DNA from: Eledone cirrhosa
Lineage: Eukaryota
Reading direction: 5' to 3'
Assembly (NCBI GenBank): GCA_964016885.1
Contig: OZ024757.1
Location: 35,154,001 to 35,218,000, forward strand
DNA: 64,000 bases
Position numbers and translations under genes: made by a program. Shown here piece by piece: positions 38,601 through 52,929 of this stretch (position 1 is the first letter of the stretch; every line of letters starts with the position of its first letter). Below the pieces are notes generated by a model. The model had not been told where the DNA came from. It saw only the letters and a list, made by a program, of their open reading frames with translations, and made no database searches.

Positions 38601-41600
38601 GTAGAGAGCAAGATGAAACAGGAGAGAGAGAGAGCGAGATGAAACCGGAGAGAGAGAGCGAGATGAAACGAGAGGGAGGGAAAGATGAAACGAGAGAGCG
38701 AGAGAGAGATAGAGGGAGATGAAACGAGAGAGTGACAGCTAGATGAAACGAGAGAGAGAGGAATAGAGAGATGGAACGAGAGAGAGAGGAAGACAGATAT
38801 GAAACGAGAGAGAGAGAGAGCGAGATGAAACGAGAGAGAGGAAGAGAGAGAGCGCGAGATGAAATGAGAGAGAGAGAGCGAGATGAAACGAGAGGGAGCG
38901 AGAGATGAAACGAGAGAGCGAGAGAGAGATAGAGGGAAATGAAACGACAGAGAGAGAGACAGATGAAACGAGGGATATAGAGATGAAACGAGAGAGAGAT
39001 ATGAAACGAGAGAGAGGAAGAGAGAGAGGAAGAGAGAGATGAAACGAGAGAGAGGAAGACAGAGGTGAAACGGGAGAGAGAGAGAGCGAGATGAAACGAG
39101 AGAGAGAGCGAGATGAAACGAGAGAAAGGAAGAGAGAGAGCGCGAGATGAAACTCTGTCATGGACATCTCTGCCCATGTGGCTAATAATTCTGTCATGTA
39201 ATGTTATGGACAACTCTGCCCCTGTGGCTATTAATTCTGTCATGTAATGTTATGGACATCTCTGCCCCTGTGGCTAATAATTCTGACATGTAATGTTATG
39301 GAATCTCTGCCCCTGTGGCTAATAAATCTGTCATGTAATGTTACGGACATCTCTGCCCTGTGGCTAATAAATCTGTCATGTAATGTTATGGACATCTCTG
39401 CCCCTGTGGCTAATAATTCTGAGAGAGATGAAACAAGTGAGGGATTAGAGAGAGATGAAACAAGTGAGGGATTAGAGTGTTGAAACAAGAGAGAGGAAGA
39501 GAGAGTGAGAGCGAGATCAAACGAGAGAGAGAGAGCGAGATGAAATGAGAGAGAGAGAGCGAGATGAAACAAGACAGAGAGAGCGGGATGAAACGAGACA
39601 GAGAGAGCGAGAGCGAGATGAAACGAGACAGAGAGAGCGAGATGAAACGAGAGAGAGAGAGCGAGATGAAATGAGAGAGAGAGAGCGAGATGAAATGAGA
39701 GAGAGAGAGCGAGATGAAACGAGAGAGTGAGAGCGAGATGGAACGAGAGAGAGCGAGAGAGAGCGAGATGAAATGAGAGAGAGAGAGCGAGATGAAACGA
39801 GAGAGTGAGAGCGAGATGGAACGAGAGAGAGCGAGAGAGAGCGAGATGAAATGAGAGAGAGAGAGCGAGATGAAATGAGAGAGAGAGAGCGAGATGAAAC
39901 GAGACAGAGAGAGCGGGATAAAACGAGACAGAGAGAGCGAGAGCGAGATGAAACGAGACAGAGAGAGCGAGATGAAACGAGAGAGAGAGAGCGGGATGAA
40001 ACGAGAGAGTGAGAGCGAGATGGAACGAGACAGAGAGAGCGAGATGAAACGAGAGTGGGAGAGCTAGATGAAACGAGAGAGAGAGGAAATGAGAGAGAGA
40101 GGAAACGAGAGAGACGAAACGAGAGAGAGGAAACGAGAGTAGAGAGCGAGATGAAACAGGAGAGAGAGAACGAGATGAAACAGGAGAGAGATATCGAGAT
40201 GAAACGAGAGGGAGAGAGAGATGAAACGAGAGAGCGAGAGAGAGATAGAGGGAGATGAAACGACAGAGAGAGAGACAGATGAAACGAGGGAGATAGAGAT
40301 GAAACGAGAGAGAGGAAGAGAGAGATGGAACGAGAGAGAGGAAGAGAGAGATGGAACGAGAGAGAGGAAGACAGAGATGAAACGAGAGAGAGACAGAGCA
40401 AGATGAAACGAGAGAGAGAGATTAAACGAGAGAGAGGAAGAGAGAGATGGAACGAGAGAGATGGAACGAGAGAGAGGAAGACAGAGATGAAACGAGAGAG
40501 AGATCGAGATGAAACGAGAGAGAGGAAGAGAGAGAGCGCAAGATGAAACGAGAGAGAGAGAGAGAGAGCGAGATGAAACGAGAGAGAGGAAGAGAGAGAG
40601 CGCGAGATGAAACGAGAGAGAGTAAGAGAGAGAGCGCGAGATGAAACGAGAGAGTGAGAGCGAGATGAAATGAGAGAGAGAGAGAACGAGATGAAATGAG
40701 AGAGAGAGAGAGCGAGATGAAATGAGACATAGAGAGATGAAACGAGAGAGAGATGAAACGAGAAAGAGAGGAAACGAGAGAGTGGAAACAAGAGTAGAGA
40801 GCGAGATGAAACAGGAGTGAGAGAGCGAGATGAGACAGGAGAGAGAGAGCGAGATGAAACGAGAGGGAGCGAGAGATGAAACGAGAGAGCGAGAGAGACA
40901 TAGAGGGAAATGAAACGACAGAGAGAGAGACAGATGAAACGAGGGATATAGAGATGAAACGAGAGAGAGATATGAAACGAGAGAGAGGAAGAGAGAGATA
41001 GAACGAGAGAGAGGAAGAGAGAGATGAAACGAGAGAGAGGAAGACAGAGGTGAAACGAGAGAGAGAGAGCGAGATGAAACGAGAGAGAGAGCGAGATGAA
41101 ATGAGAGAGAGGAAGAGAGAGAGCGCGAGATGAAACTCTGTCATGGACATCTCTGCCCCTGTGGCTAATAATTCTGTCATGTAATGTTATAGACAACTCT
41201 GCCCCTGTGGCTAATAATTCTGTCATGTATTGTTATGGACATCTCTGCCCCTGTGGCTAATAATTCTGACATGTAATGTTATGGAATCTCTGCCCCTGTG
41301 GCAGATAAATCTGTCATGTAATGTTACGGACATCTCTGCCCCTGTGGCTAATAAATCTGTCATGTAATGTTATGGACATCTCTGTCCCTGTGGCTAATAA
41401 TTCTGACATGTAATGTTATGGACATCTCTGCCCCTGTGGCTAATAATTCTGAGAGAGATGAAACAAGTGAGGGATTAGAGAGAGATGAAACAAGTGAGGG
41501 ATTAGAGTGTTGAAACAAGAGAGAGAGAGGAAGAGTGAGTTAGAGCGAAATCAAACGAGAGAGAGCGAGATGAAATGAGAGAGTGAGAGCGAGATGAAAC

Positions 41601-44051
41601 GAGAGAGAGAGAGAGAGCGAGATGAAATGAGAGTGAGAGAGCGAGATGAAATGAGAGAGAGAGAGCGAGATGAAACGAGACAGAGAGAGCGGGATGAAAC
41701 GAGACAGAGAGAGCGAGAGCGAGATGAAACGAGACAGAGAGAGCGAGATGAAACGAGAGAGAGAGAGCGAGATGAAATGAGAGAGAGAGAGCGAGATGAA
41801 ATGAGAGAGAGAGAGCGAGATGTAACGAGAGAGTGAGAGCGAGATGGAACGAGACAGAGAGAGCGAGATGAAACGAGAGTGGGAGAGCTAGATGAAACGA
41901 GAGAGAGAGGAAACGAGAGAGACGAAACGAGAGAGAGGAAACGAGAGTAGAGAGCGAGATGAAACAGGAGAGAGAGAGCGAGATGAAACAGGAGAGAGAG
42001 AGCGAGATGAAACGAGAGGGAGAGAGAGATGAAACGAGAGAGCGAGAGAGAGATAGAGGGAGATGAAACGACAGATGAGAGACAGATGAAACGAGGGAGA
42101 TAGAGATGAAACGAGAGAGAGAGATGAAACTAGAGAGAGGAAGAGAGAGATGGAACGAGAGAGAGGAAGAGAGAGATGGAACGAGAGAGAGGAAGACAGA
42201 GATGAAACGAGAGAGAGAGAGAGCAAGATGAAACGAGAGAGAGAGATGAAACGAGAGGGAGGAAGAGAGAGATGGAACGAGAGAGAGGAAGACAGAGATG
42301 AAACGAGAGAGAGAGAGATTGAGATGAAACGAGAGAGTGAGAGCTAGATGAAACGAGAGAGAGAGGAAACGAGAGAGAGAGGAAACGAGAGAGAGAGGAA
42401 ACGAGAGAGAGGAAAGGAGAGTAGAGAGCAAGAGGAAACAGGAGAGAGAGAGAGCGAGGTGAAACCGGAGAGAGAGAGCGAGATGAAACGAGAGGGAGGG
42501 AGAGATGAAACGAGAGAGCGAGAGAGATATAGAGGGAGATGAAACGAGAGAGTGATAGCTAGATGAAACGAGAGTGAGAGGAATAGAGAGATGGAACGAG
42601 AGAGACGAAGACAGATATGAAACGAGAGAGAGAGAGAGCGAGATGAAACGAGAGAGAGGAAGAGAGAGAGCGCGAGATGAAATGAGAGAGAGAGAGAGCG
42701 AGATGAAACGAGAGAGAGGAAGAGAGAGAGCGCGAGATGAAAAGAGAGAGAGAGAGAGCGAGATGAAAAGAGAGAGAGGAAGAGAGAGAGCGCGAGATGA
42801 AACGAGAGAGAGAGAGCGAGATGAAATGAGAGAGTGAGGGTGAGATGAAACGAGAGAGAGAGAGAGATAGCGAGATGAAATGAGAGAGAGAGAGCGAGAT
42901 GAAATGAGAGAGAGAGAGAGCCAGATGAAACGAGACAGAGAAAGCGGGATGAAACGAGACAGAGAGATCGAGAGCAAATGAGAGACAGAGAGAGCGAGAT
43001 GAAACGAGAGAGTGAGAGCGGGATGGAACGAGACAGAGAGAGCGAGATGAAACGAGAGAGAGAGGAAACGAGACAGAGGAAACGAGAGAGAGGAAACGAG
43101 AGTAGAGAGCGAGATGAAACAGGAGAGAGAGAGACCGAGATAAAACAGGAGAGAGAGAGCGAGATGAAACGAGAGGGAGGGAGAGATGAAACGAGAGAGC
43201 GAGAGAGAGATAGTGGGAGATGAAACGACAGAGAGAGAGACAGATGAAACGAGGGAGATAGATATGAAACGAGAGAGCGAGATGAAACGAGAGAGTGAGA
43301 GCGAGATGGAACGAGACAGAGAGAGCGAGATGAAACGAGAAAGAGAGAGCGAGATGTAATGAGAGAGAGAGTGGGATGGAACGAGACAGAGAGGAAACGA
43401 GAAAGAGAGGAAACGAGAGAGAGAGGAAACGAGAGAGAGGAAACGAGAGTAGACAGCGAGATGAAACAGGAGAGAGAGAGCGTGATGAAACAGGAGAGAG
43501 AGAGCGAGATGAAACGAGAGGGAGGGAGAGATGAAACGAGAGAGGGAGAGAGAGATAGAGGGAGATGAAACGACAGAGAGAGAGAGACAGATGAAACGAG
43601 GGAGATAGAGATGAAACGAGAGAGGAAGAGAGAGATGGAACGAGAGAGAGGAAGAGAGAGATGAAACGAGAGAGAGGAAGACAGAGATGAATAGAGAGAG
43701 AGAGCGAGATGAAACGAGAGAGAGGAAGAGAGAGAGCGCGAGATGAAACGAGAGAGAGAGAGCGCGAGATGAAACTCTGTCATGTAATGTTATGGACATA
43801 TCTGCCCTTGGGGCTAATAATTGTCATGGAATGTTATGGACGTCTCTGCCCCTGTGGCTAATAATTCTGTCATGTAATGTTATGGACATCTCTGCCCCTG
43901 TGGCTAATAATTATGTCATGTAATGTTATGGACATCTCCGCCCCTGTGGCTAATAATTCTGACATGTAATGTTATGGACATCTCTGCCCCTCTGGCTAAT
44001 AATTCTGACATGTAATGTTATGGACATCTCTGCCCCTGTGGCTAATAAATC
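35356..44051 (+). repeat. Composite satellite, GA arm of macro-unit 2
   Basis: 46-bp arrays at ~36447-36859, 39153-39420, 41136-41450 and 43775-44051. Confidence 0.97.
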
Positions 44052-44465
44052 AGAATTATTAGCCACAGGGGCAGAGATGTCCATAACATTACATGTCAGA
44101 ATTATTAGCCACAGGGGCAGAGATGTCCATAACATTACATGTCAGAATTATTAGCCACAGGGACAGAGATGTCCATAACATTACATGTCAGAATTATTAG
44201 CCAGAAGGGCAGAGATGTCCATAACATTACATGTCAGAATTATTAGCCACAGGGGCAGAGATGTCCATAACATTACATGACAGATTTATTAGCCACAGGG
44301 GCAGAGATGTCCATAACACTACATGTCAGAATTATTAGCCACAGGGGCAGAGATGTCCATAACATTACATTACATAATTATTAGCCACAGGGGCAGAGAT
44401 GTCCATAACATTACATGACAATTATTAGCCGCAAGGGCAGATATGTCCATAACATTACATGACAG
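43775..44465. repeat. Palindromic 46-bp array with inversion centre at 44052
   Basis: Junction GGCTAATAAATCAGAATTATTAGCC is identical to that at 23638, offset 20414 bp. Confidence 0.95.
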
Positions 44466-47400
44466 ACTTTCATCTCGCGCTCTCTCTCTCTCTCGTTTCA
44501 TCTCGCGCTCTCTCTCTTCCTCTCTCTCGTTTCATCTCGCGTTAACTCTCTTCCTCTCTCTCGTTTCATCTCGCTCTCTCTCTCTCGTTTCATCTCTGTC
44601 TTCCTGTCTCTCGTTCCATCTCTCTCTTCCTCTCTCTCGTTCCATCTCTCTCTTCCTCTCTCTCGTTTCATCTCTCTCTCTCTCTCTGTCGTTTCATCTC
44701 CCTCTAACTCTCTCTCGCTCTCTCGTTTCATCTCTCTCTCCCTCTCGTTTCATCTCGCTCTCTCTCTCCTGTTTCATCTCGCTCTCTCTCTCCTGTTTCA
44801 TCTCGCTCTCTCTCTCCTGTTTCATCTCGCTCTCTACTCTCGTTTCCTCTCTCTCATATCCTCTCTCTCGTTTCCTCTCTCTCTCGTTTCCTATAGCTCT
44901 CACTCTCTCGTTTCATCTCGCTCTCTCTCTCTCATTTCATCTCGCTCTCTCTCTCTCATTTCATCTCGCTCTCTCTGTCTCGTTTCATTTTGCTCTCTCT
45001 CTCTCTCATTTCATCTCGCTATCTCTATCTCGTTTCATCCCGCTCTCTCTGTCTCGTTTCATCTCGCTCTCTCTCTCTCATTTCATCTCGCTCTCTCTCT
45101 CTCATTTCATCTCGCTCTCTCTCTCTCGTTTCATCTCGCTCTCACTCTCTCATTTCATCTCGCTCTCTCTCTCGTTTGATCTCGCTCTCACTCTCTCTTC
45201 CTCAATTATTAGCCCCTAGGGCAGATATGTCCATAACATTACTTGACAGACTTTCATCTGGCGCTCTCTCGTTTCATCTCTTCCTCTCTCTCGTTTCATC
45301 TCACTCTCTCTCTCTCGTTTCATCTCGCACTCTCTCTCTTCCTCTCTCTCGTTTTATCTTGCTCTCTCTCTCGTTTCATCTCTGTCTTCCTCTCTCTCGT
45401 TCCATCTCTCTCTTCCTCTCTCTCGTTTCATCTCTCTCTCTCGTTTCATCTCTATCTCCCTCGTTTCATCTGTCTCTCTCTCTGTCGTTTCCTCTCCCTC
45501 TATCTCTCTCTCGCTCTCTCGTTTCATCTCTCTCTCCCTCTCGTTTCATCTCGCTCTCTCTCTCCTGTTTCATCTCGCTCTCTCTCTCTCCTGTTTCATC
45601 TCGCTCTCTACTCTCGTTTCCTCTCTCTCGTATCCTCTCTCTCGTTTCCTCTCTCTCTCGTTTCCTCTCTCTCTCGTTTCCTCTAGCTCTCACTCTCTCG
45701 TTTCATCTCGCTCTCTCTCTCTCATTTCATCTCGCTCTCTCTCTCTTGTTTCATCTCGCTCTCTCTGTCTCGTTTCATTTCGCTCTCTCTCTCTCTCATT
45801 TCATCTCGCTCTCTCTGTCTCGTTTCATCCCGCTCTCTCTGTCTCGTTTCATCTCGCTCTCTCTCTCTCATTTCATCTCGCTCTCTCTCTCTCATTTCAT
45901 CTCGCTCTCTCTCTCTCTCGTTTCATCTCGCTCTCACTCTCTCATTTCATCTCGCTCTCTCTCTCTCGTTTGATCTCGCTCTCACTCTCTCTTCCCCTTT
46001 CTCTCTTGTTTCAACACTTTAATCCCTCACTTGTTTCATCTCTCTCTAATCCCTCACTTGTTTCATCTCTCTCAGAATTATTAGCCACAGGGGCAGAGAT
46101 GTCCATAACTTTACATGTCAGAATTATTAGCCACAGGGGCAGAGATGTCCATAACATTACATGACAGATTTATTAGCCACAGGGGCAGAGATGCCCATAA
46201 CATTACATGACGAATTTATTAGCCACAGGGGCAGAGATGTCCATAATATTACATGACAGAATTATTAGCCACAGGGGCAGAGATGGCCATAACATTACAT
46301 GACAGAATTATTAGCCACAGGGACAGAGATGTCCATAACATTACATGACAATTATTAGCCCCTAGGGCAGATATGTCCATAACATTACTTGACAGACTTT
46401 CATCTGGCGCTCTCTCGTTTCATCTCTTCCTCTCTCTCGTTTCATCTCACTCTCTCTCTCTCTCGTTTCATCTCGCACTCTCTCTCTTCCTCTCTCTCGT
46501 TTTATCTTGCTCTCTCTCTCGTTTCATCTCTGTCTTCCTCTCTCTCGTTCCATCTCTCTCTTCCTCTCTCTCGTTTCATCTCTCTCTCTCGTTTCATCTC
46601 TATCTCCCTCGTTTCATCTGTCTCTCTCTCTGTCGTTTCCTCTCCCTCTATCTCTCTCTCGCTCTCTCGTTTCATCTCTCTCTCCCTCTCGTTTCATCTC
46701 GCTCTCTCTCTCCTGTTTCATCTCGCTCTCTCTCTCTCCTGTTTCATCTCGCTCTCTACTCTCGTTTCCTCTCTCTCGTATCCTCTCTCTCGTTTCCTCT
46801 CTCTCTCGTTTCCTCTCTCTCTCGTTTCCTCTAGCTCTCACTCTCTCGTTTCATCTCGCTCTCTCTCTCTCATTTCATCTCGCTCTCTCTCTCTCGTTTC
46901 ATCTCGCTCTCTCTGTCTCGTTTCATTTCGCTCTCTCTCTCTCTCATTTCATCTCGCTCTCTCTGTCTCGTTTCATCCCGCTCTCTCTGTCTCTTTTCAT
47001 CTCGCTCTCTCTCTCTCATTTCATCTCGCTCTCTCTCTCTCATTTCATCTCGCTCTCTCTCTCTCGTTTCATCTCGCTCTCACTCTCTCATTTCATCTCG
47101 CTCTCTCTCTCGTTTGATCTCGCTCTCACTCTCTCTTCCTCTCTCTCTCTTGTTTCAACACTCTAATCCCTCACTTGTTTCATCTCTCTCTTATCCTTCA
47201 CTTGTTTCATCTCTCTCAGAATTATTAGCCACAGGGGCAGAGATGTCCATAACATTACATGTCAGAATTATTAGCCACAGGGGCAGAGATGTCCATAACA
47301 TTACATGACAGATTTATTAGCCACAGAGGCAGAGATGTCCATAACATTACATGACGAATTTATTAGCCACAGGGGCAGAGATGTCCATAACATTACATGA

Positions 47401-50400
47401 CAGAATTATTAGCCACAGGGGCAGAGATGTCCATAACATTACATGACAATTATTAGCCCCAATGGCAGATATGTCCATAACATTACATGACAGACTTACA
47501 TCTCACGCTCTCTCTCTCTCGTTTCATCTCGCGTTCTCTCTCTTCCTCTCTCTCGTTTCATCTCGCTCTCTCTCTCTCGTTTCATCTCACGCTCTCTCTC
47601 TTCTTCTCTCTCGTTTCATCTCGCTCTCTCTCTCTCTCGTTTCAACTTTGTCTTCCTCTCTCTCGTTTCATCTCTCTCTTCCTCTCTCTCTCGTTCCATC
47701 TCTCTCTCGTTTCATCTCGCTCTCTCTGTCTCGTTCCATCTCGCTCTCTCTCTCTCGTTTCATCTCTATCTCCCTCGTTTCATCTGTCTCTCTCTCTGTC
47801 GTTTCATCTCCCTCTATCTCTCTCTCGCTCTCTCGTTTCATCTCTACCTCCCTCTCGTTTCATCTCGCTCTCTCACTCCTGTTTCATCTCGCTCTCTCTC
47901 TCCTGTTTAATCTCGCTCTCTACTCTCGTTCCATCTCTCTCTCGTTTCATCTAGCTCTCACTCTCTCGTTTCATCTCGATCTATCTGTCTCGTTTCATCC
48001 CGCTCTCTCTCTCTCGTTTCATCTCACTCTCACTCTCTCATTTCATCTCGCTCTCTCTCTCTCGTTTCATCTCGCGCTCTCTCTCTTCCTCTCTCTCGTT
48101 TCATCTCTCTCTCTCTCTCTCTCGTTTCATCTCTCTCTTCCTGTCTCTCGTTCCATCTCTCTCTTCCTCTCTCTCGTTTCATCTCTATCTCCCTCGTTTC
48201 ATCTGTCTCTCTCTCTGTCGTTTCATCTCCCTCTATCTCTCTCTCGCTCTCTCGTTGCATCTCTCTCTCCCTCTCGTTTCATCTCGCTCTCTCTCTCCTG
48301 TTTCATCTCGCTCTCTACTCTCGTTTCCTCTCTCTCGTTTCCTCTCTGTCCTTTCCTCTCTCTCTCGTTTCCTCTCTCTCTCGTTTCATCTAGCTCTCAC
48401 TCTCTCGTTTCATCTCGCTCTCTCTCTCTCATTTCATCTCGCTCTCTCTCTCTCATTTCATCTCGCTCTCTCTCTCTCGTTTCATCTCGCTCTCACTCTC
48501 TCATTTCATCTCGCTCTCTCTCTCTCGTTTGATCTCGCTCTCACTCTCTCTTCCTCTCTCTCTCTTGTTTCAACACTCTAATCCCTCACTTGTTTCATCT
48601 CTCTCAGATTTATTAGCCACAGGGGCAGAGATGTCCATAACATTACATGACGAATTTATTAGCCACAGGGGCAGAGATGTCCATAACATTACATGACAGA
48701 ATTATTAGCCACAGGGGCAGAGATGTCCATAACATTACATGACATAATTATTAGCCACAGGGGCAGAGATCTCCATAACATTACATGACAGAATTATTAG
48801 CCACAGGGGCAGATATGTCCATAACATTACATGACAATTATTAGCCCCAAGGGCAGATATGTCCATAACATTACATGACAGACTTACATCTCACGCTCTC
48901 TCTCTCTCGTTTCATCTCGCGCTCTCTCTCTTCCTCTCTCTCGTTTCATCTCGCTCTCTCTCTCTCTCTTGTTTCATCTCGCGCTCTCTCTCTTCTCTCT
49001 CGTTTCATCTCGCTCTCTCTCTCTCGTTTCAACTTTGTCTTCCTCTCTCTCTCGTTCCATCTCTCTCTCGTTTCATCTAGCTCTCACTCTCTCGTTTCAT
49101 CTCGCTCTCTCTGTCTCGTTCCATCTCGCTCTCTCTCTCTCGTTTCATCTCTATCTCCCTCGTTTCATCTGTCTCTCTCTCTGTCATTTCATCTCCCTCT
49201 ATCTCTCTCGCGCTCTCCCGTTTCATCTCGCGCTCTCTCTTTTCCTCTCTCTCGTTTCATCTCGCTCTCTCTCTCTCTCTCGTTTCATCTTTGTCTTCCT
49301 CTCTCTCGTTCCATTTCTCTCTTCCTCTCTCTCTCGTTCCATCTCTCTCTCGTTTCATCTCGCTCTCTCGTTTCATCTCTATCTCCCTCGTTTCATCTGT
49401 CTCTCTCTCTGTCGTTTCATCTCCCTCTATCTCTCTCTCGCTCTCTCGTTTCATCTCTCCCTCCCTCTCGTTTCATCTCGCTCTCTCACTCCTGTTTCAT
49501 CTCGCTCTCTCTCTCCTGTTTCATCTCGCTCTCTACTCTCGTTCCATCTCTCTCTCGTTTCATCTAGCTCACACTCTCTCGTTTCATCTCGCTCTCTCTG
49601 TCTCGTTCCATCTCGCTCTCACTCTCTCGTTTCATCTCGCTCTCTCTGTCTCTCATTTCATCTCGATCTCTCTGTCTCGTTTCATCCCGCTCTTTCTGTC
49701 TCTTTTCATCTCGCTCTCTCTCTCTCATTTCATCTCGCTCTCTCTCTCTCTCACTCTCTCATTTCATCTCGCGCTCTCTCTCTCTTCCTCTCTCTCGTTT
49801 CATCTCGCTCTCTCTCTCTCTCTCGTTTCATCACGCGCTCTCTCTCTTCCTCTCTCTGGTTTCATCTCGATCTCTCTCTCTGTCGTTTCATCTCTGTCTT
49901 CCTCTCTCTCGTTCCATCTCTCTCTTCCTCTCTCTCGTTCCATCTCTCTCTTCCTCTCTCTCGTTTCATCTCTCTCTCTCGTTTCATCTCTATCTCCCTC
50001 GTTTCATCTGTCTCTCTCTCTGTCGTTTCATCTCCCTCTATGTCTCTCTCGCTCTCTCGTTTCATCTCTCTCTCCCTCTCGTTTCATCTCGCACTCTCTC
50101 TCCTGTTTCATCTCGCCCTCTCTCTCCTGTTTCATCTCGCTCTCTACTCTCGTTTCCTCTCTCTCGTTTCCTCTCTCTCGTTTCCTCTCTCTCTCGTTTC
50201 CTCTCTCTCTCGTTTCATGTAGCTCTCACTCTCTCGTTTCATCTCGCTCTCTCTCTCTCATTTCATCTCGCTCTCTCTCTCTCATTTCATCTCGCTGTCT
50301 CTGTCTCGTTTCATCTCGCTCTCTCTGTCTCTCATTTCATCTCGCTCTCTCTGTCTCGTTTCATCCCGCTCTCTCTGTCTCGTTTCCTCTCGCTCTCTCT

Positions 50401-52929
50401 CTCTCATTTCATCTCACTCTCTCTCTCTCATTTCATCTCGCTCTCTCTCTCTCGTTTCATCTCGCTCTCACTCTCTCATTTCATCTCGCTCTCTCTCTCT
50501 CGTTTGATCTCGCTCTCACTCTCTCTTCCTCTCTCTCTCTTGTTTCAACACTTTAATCCCTCACTTGTTTCATCTCTCTCTAATCCCTCACTTGTTTCAT
50601 CTCTCTCAGAATTATTAGCCACAGGGGCAGAGATGTCCATAACGTTACATGTCAGAATTATTAGCCACAGGGGCAGAGATGTCCATAACATTACATGTCA
50701 GAATTATTAGCCACAGGGGCAGAGATGTCCATAACACTACATGACAGATTTATTAGCCACAGGGGCAGAGATGTCCATAACATTACATGACGGATTTATT
50801 AGCCACAGGGGCAGAGATGTCCATAACATTACATGACAGAATTATTAGCCACAGGGGCAGAGATGGCCATAACATTACATGACAGAATTATTAGCCACAG
50901 GGGCAGATATGTCCATAACATTACATGACAGACTTTCATCTCGCGCTCTCTCGTTTCATCTCGCTCTCTCTCTCTTCCTCTCTCTCGTTTCATCTCACTC
51001 TCTCTCTTTCTCGTTTCATCTCGCACTCTCTCTCTTCCTCTCTCTCGTTTTATCTTGCTCTCTCTCTCTCTCGTTTCATCTCTGTCTTCCTCTCTCTCGT
51101 TCCATCTCTCTCTTCCTCTCTCTCGTTTCATCTCTCTCTCTCGTTTCAACTCTATCTCCCTCGTTTCATCTGTCTCTCTCTCTGTCGTTTCATCTCCCTC
51201 TATCTCTCTCTCGCTCTCTCGTTTCATCTCTCTCTCCCTCTCGTTTCATCTCGCTCTCTCTCTCCTGTTTCATCTCGCTCTCTACTCTCGTTTCCTCTCT
51301 CTCGTATCCTCTCTCTCGTTTCCTCTCTCTCTCGTTTCCTCTCTCTCTCGTTTCCTCTAGCTCTCTCTGTCTCGTTTCATCCCGCTCTCTCTGTCTCGTT
51401 TCATCTCGCTCTCTCTCTCTCATTTCATCTCGCTCTCTCTCTCTCATTTCATCACGCTCTCTCTCTCTCGTTTCATCTCGCTCTCACTCTCTCATTTCAT
51501 CTCGCTCTCTCTCTCTCTCGTTTGATCTCGCTCTCACTCTCTTTTCCTCTCTCTCTCTTGTTTCAACACTCTAATCCCTCACTTGTTTCATCTCTCTCAG
51601 AATTATTAGCCACAGGGGCAGAGATGTCCATAACATTACATGTCAGAATTATTAGCCACAGGGGCAGAGATGTCCATAACATTACATGACAGTTTTATTA
51701 GCCACAGGGGCAGAGATGTCCATAACATTACATGACGAATTTATTAGCCACAGGGGCAGAGATGTCCATAACATTACATGACAGAATTATTAGCCACAGG
51801 GGCAGAGATGTCCATAACATTACATGACATAATTATTAGCCACAGGGGCAGAGATGTCCATAACATTACATGACAGAATTATTAGCCACAGGGGCAGATA
51901 TGTCCATAACATTACATGACAATTATTAGCCCCAAGGGCAGATATGTCCATAACATTACATGACAGACTTACATCTCACGCTCTCTCTCGTTTCATCTCG
52001 CGCTCTCTCTCTTCCTCTCTCTCGTTTCATCTCGCTCTCTCTCTCTTGTTTCATCTCGCGCTCTCTCTCTTCTTCTCTCTCGTTTCATCTCGCTCTCTCT
52101 CTCTCTCGTTTCAACTTTGTCTTCCTCTCTCTCGTTCCATCTCTCTCTTCCTCTCTCTCTCTCGTTCCATCTCTCTCTCGTTTCATCTAGCTCTCACTCT
52201 CTCGTTTCATCTCGCTCTCTCTGTCTCGTTCCATCTCGCTCTCTCTCTCTCGTTTCATCTCTATCTCCCTCGTTTCATCTGTCTCTCTCTCTGTCATTTC
52301 ATCTCCCTCTATCTCTCTCTCGCTCTCCCGTTTCATCTCTACCTCCCTCTCGTTTCATCTCGCTCTCTCACTCCTGTTTCATCTCGCTCTCTCTCTCCTG
52401 TTTAATCTCGCTCTCTACTCTCGTTCCATCTCTCTCTCGTTTCATCTAGCTCTCACTCTCTCGTTTCATCTCGCTCTCTCTGTCTCTCATTTCATCTCGA
52501 TCTCTCTGTCTCGTTTCATCCCGCTCTCTCTCTCTCGTTTCATCTCACTCTCACTCTCTCATTTCATCTCGCTCTCTCTCTCTCGTTTCATCTCGCGCTC
52601 TCTCTCTTCCTCTCTCTCGTTTCATCTCGCTCTCTCTCTCTCTCTCGTTTCATCACGCGTTCTCACTCTTCCTCTCTCTCGTTTCATCTCTCTCTCTCGT
52701 TTCATCTCTATCTCCCTCGTTTTATCTGTCTCTCTCTCTGTCGTTTCATCTCCCTCTATCTCTCTCTCGCTCTCTCGTTTCATCTCTCTCTCCCTCTCGT
52801 TTCAACTCGCTCTCTCTCTCCTGTTTCATCTCGCTCTCTCTCTCTCCTGTTTCATCTCGCTCTCTACTCTCATTTCCTCTCTCTCGTTTCCTCTCTCTCG
52901 TTTCCTCTCTCTCTCTCGTTTCCTCTCTC
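44053..52929 (-). repeat. Composite satellite, TC arm of macro-unit 2
   Basis: Reverse 46-bp arrays at ~45204-45248, 46073-46394, 47217-47492, 48605-48880, 50607-50930 and 51598-51965. Confidence 0.97.
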
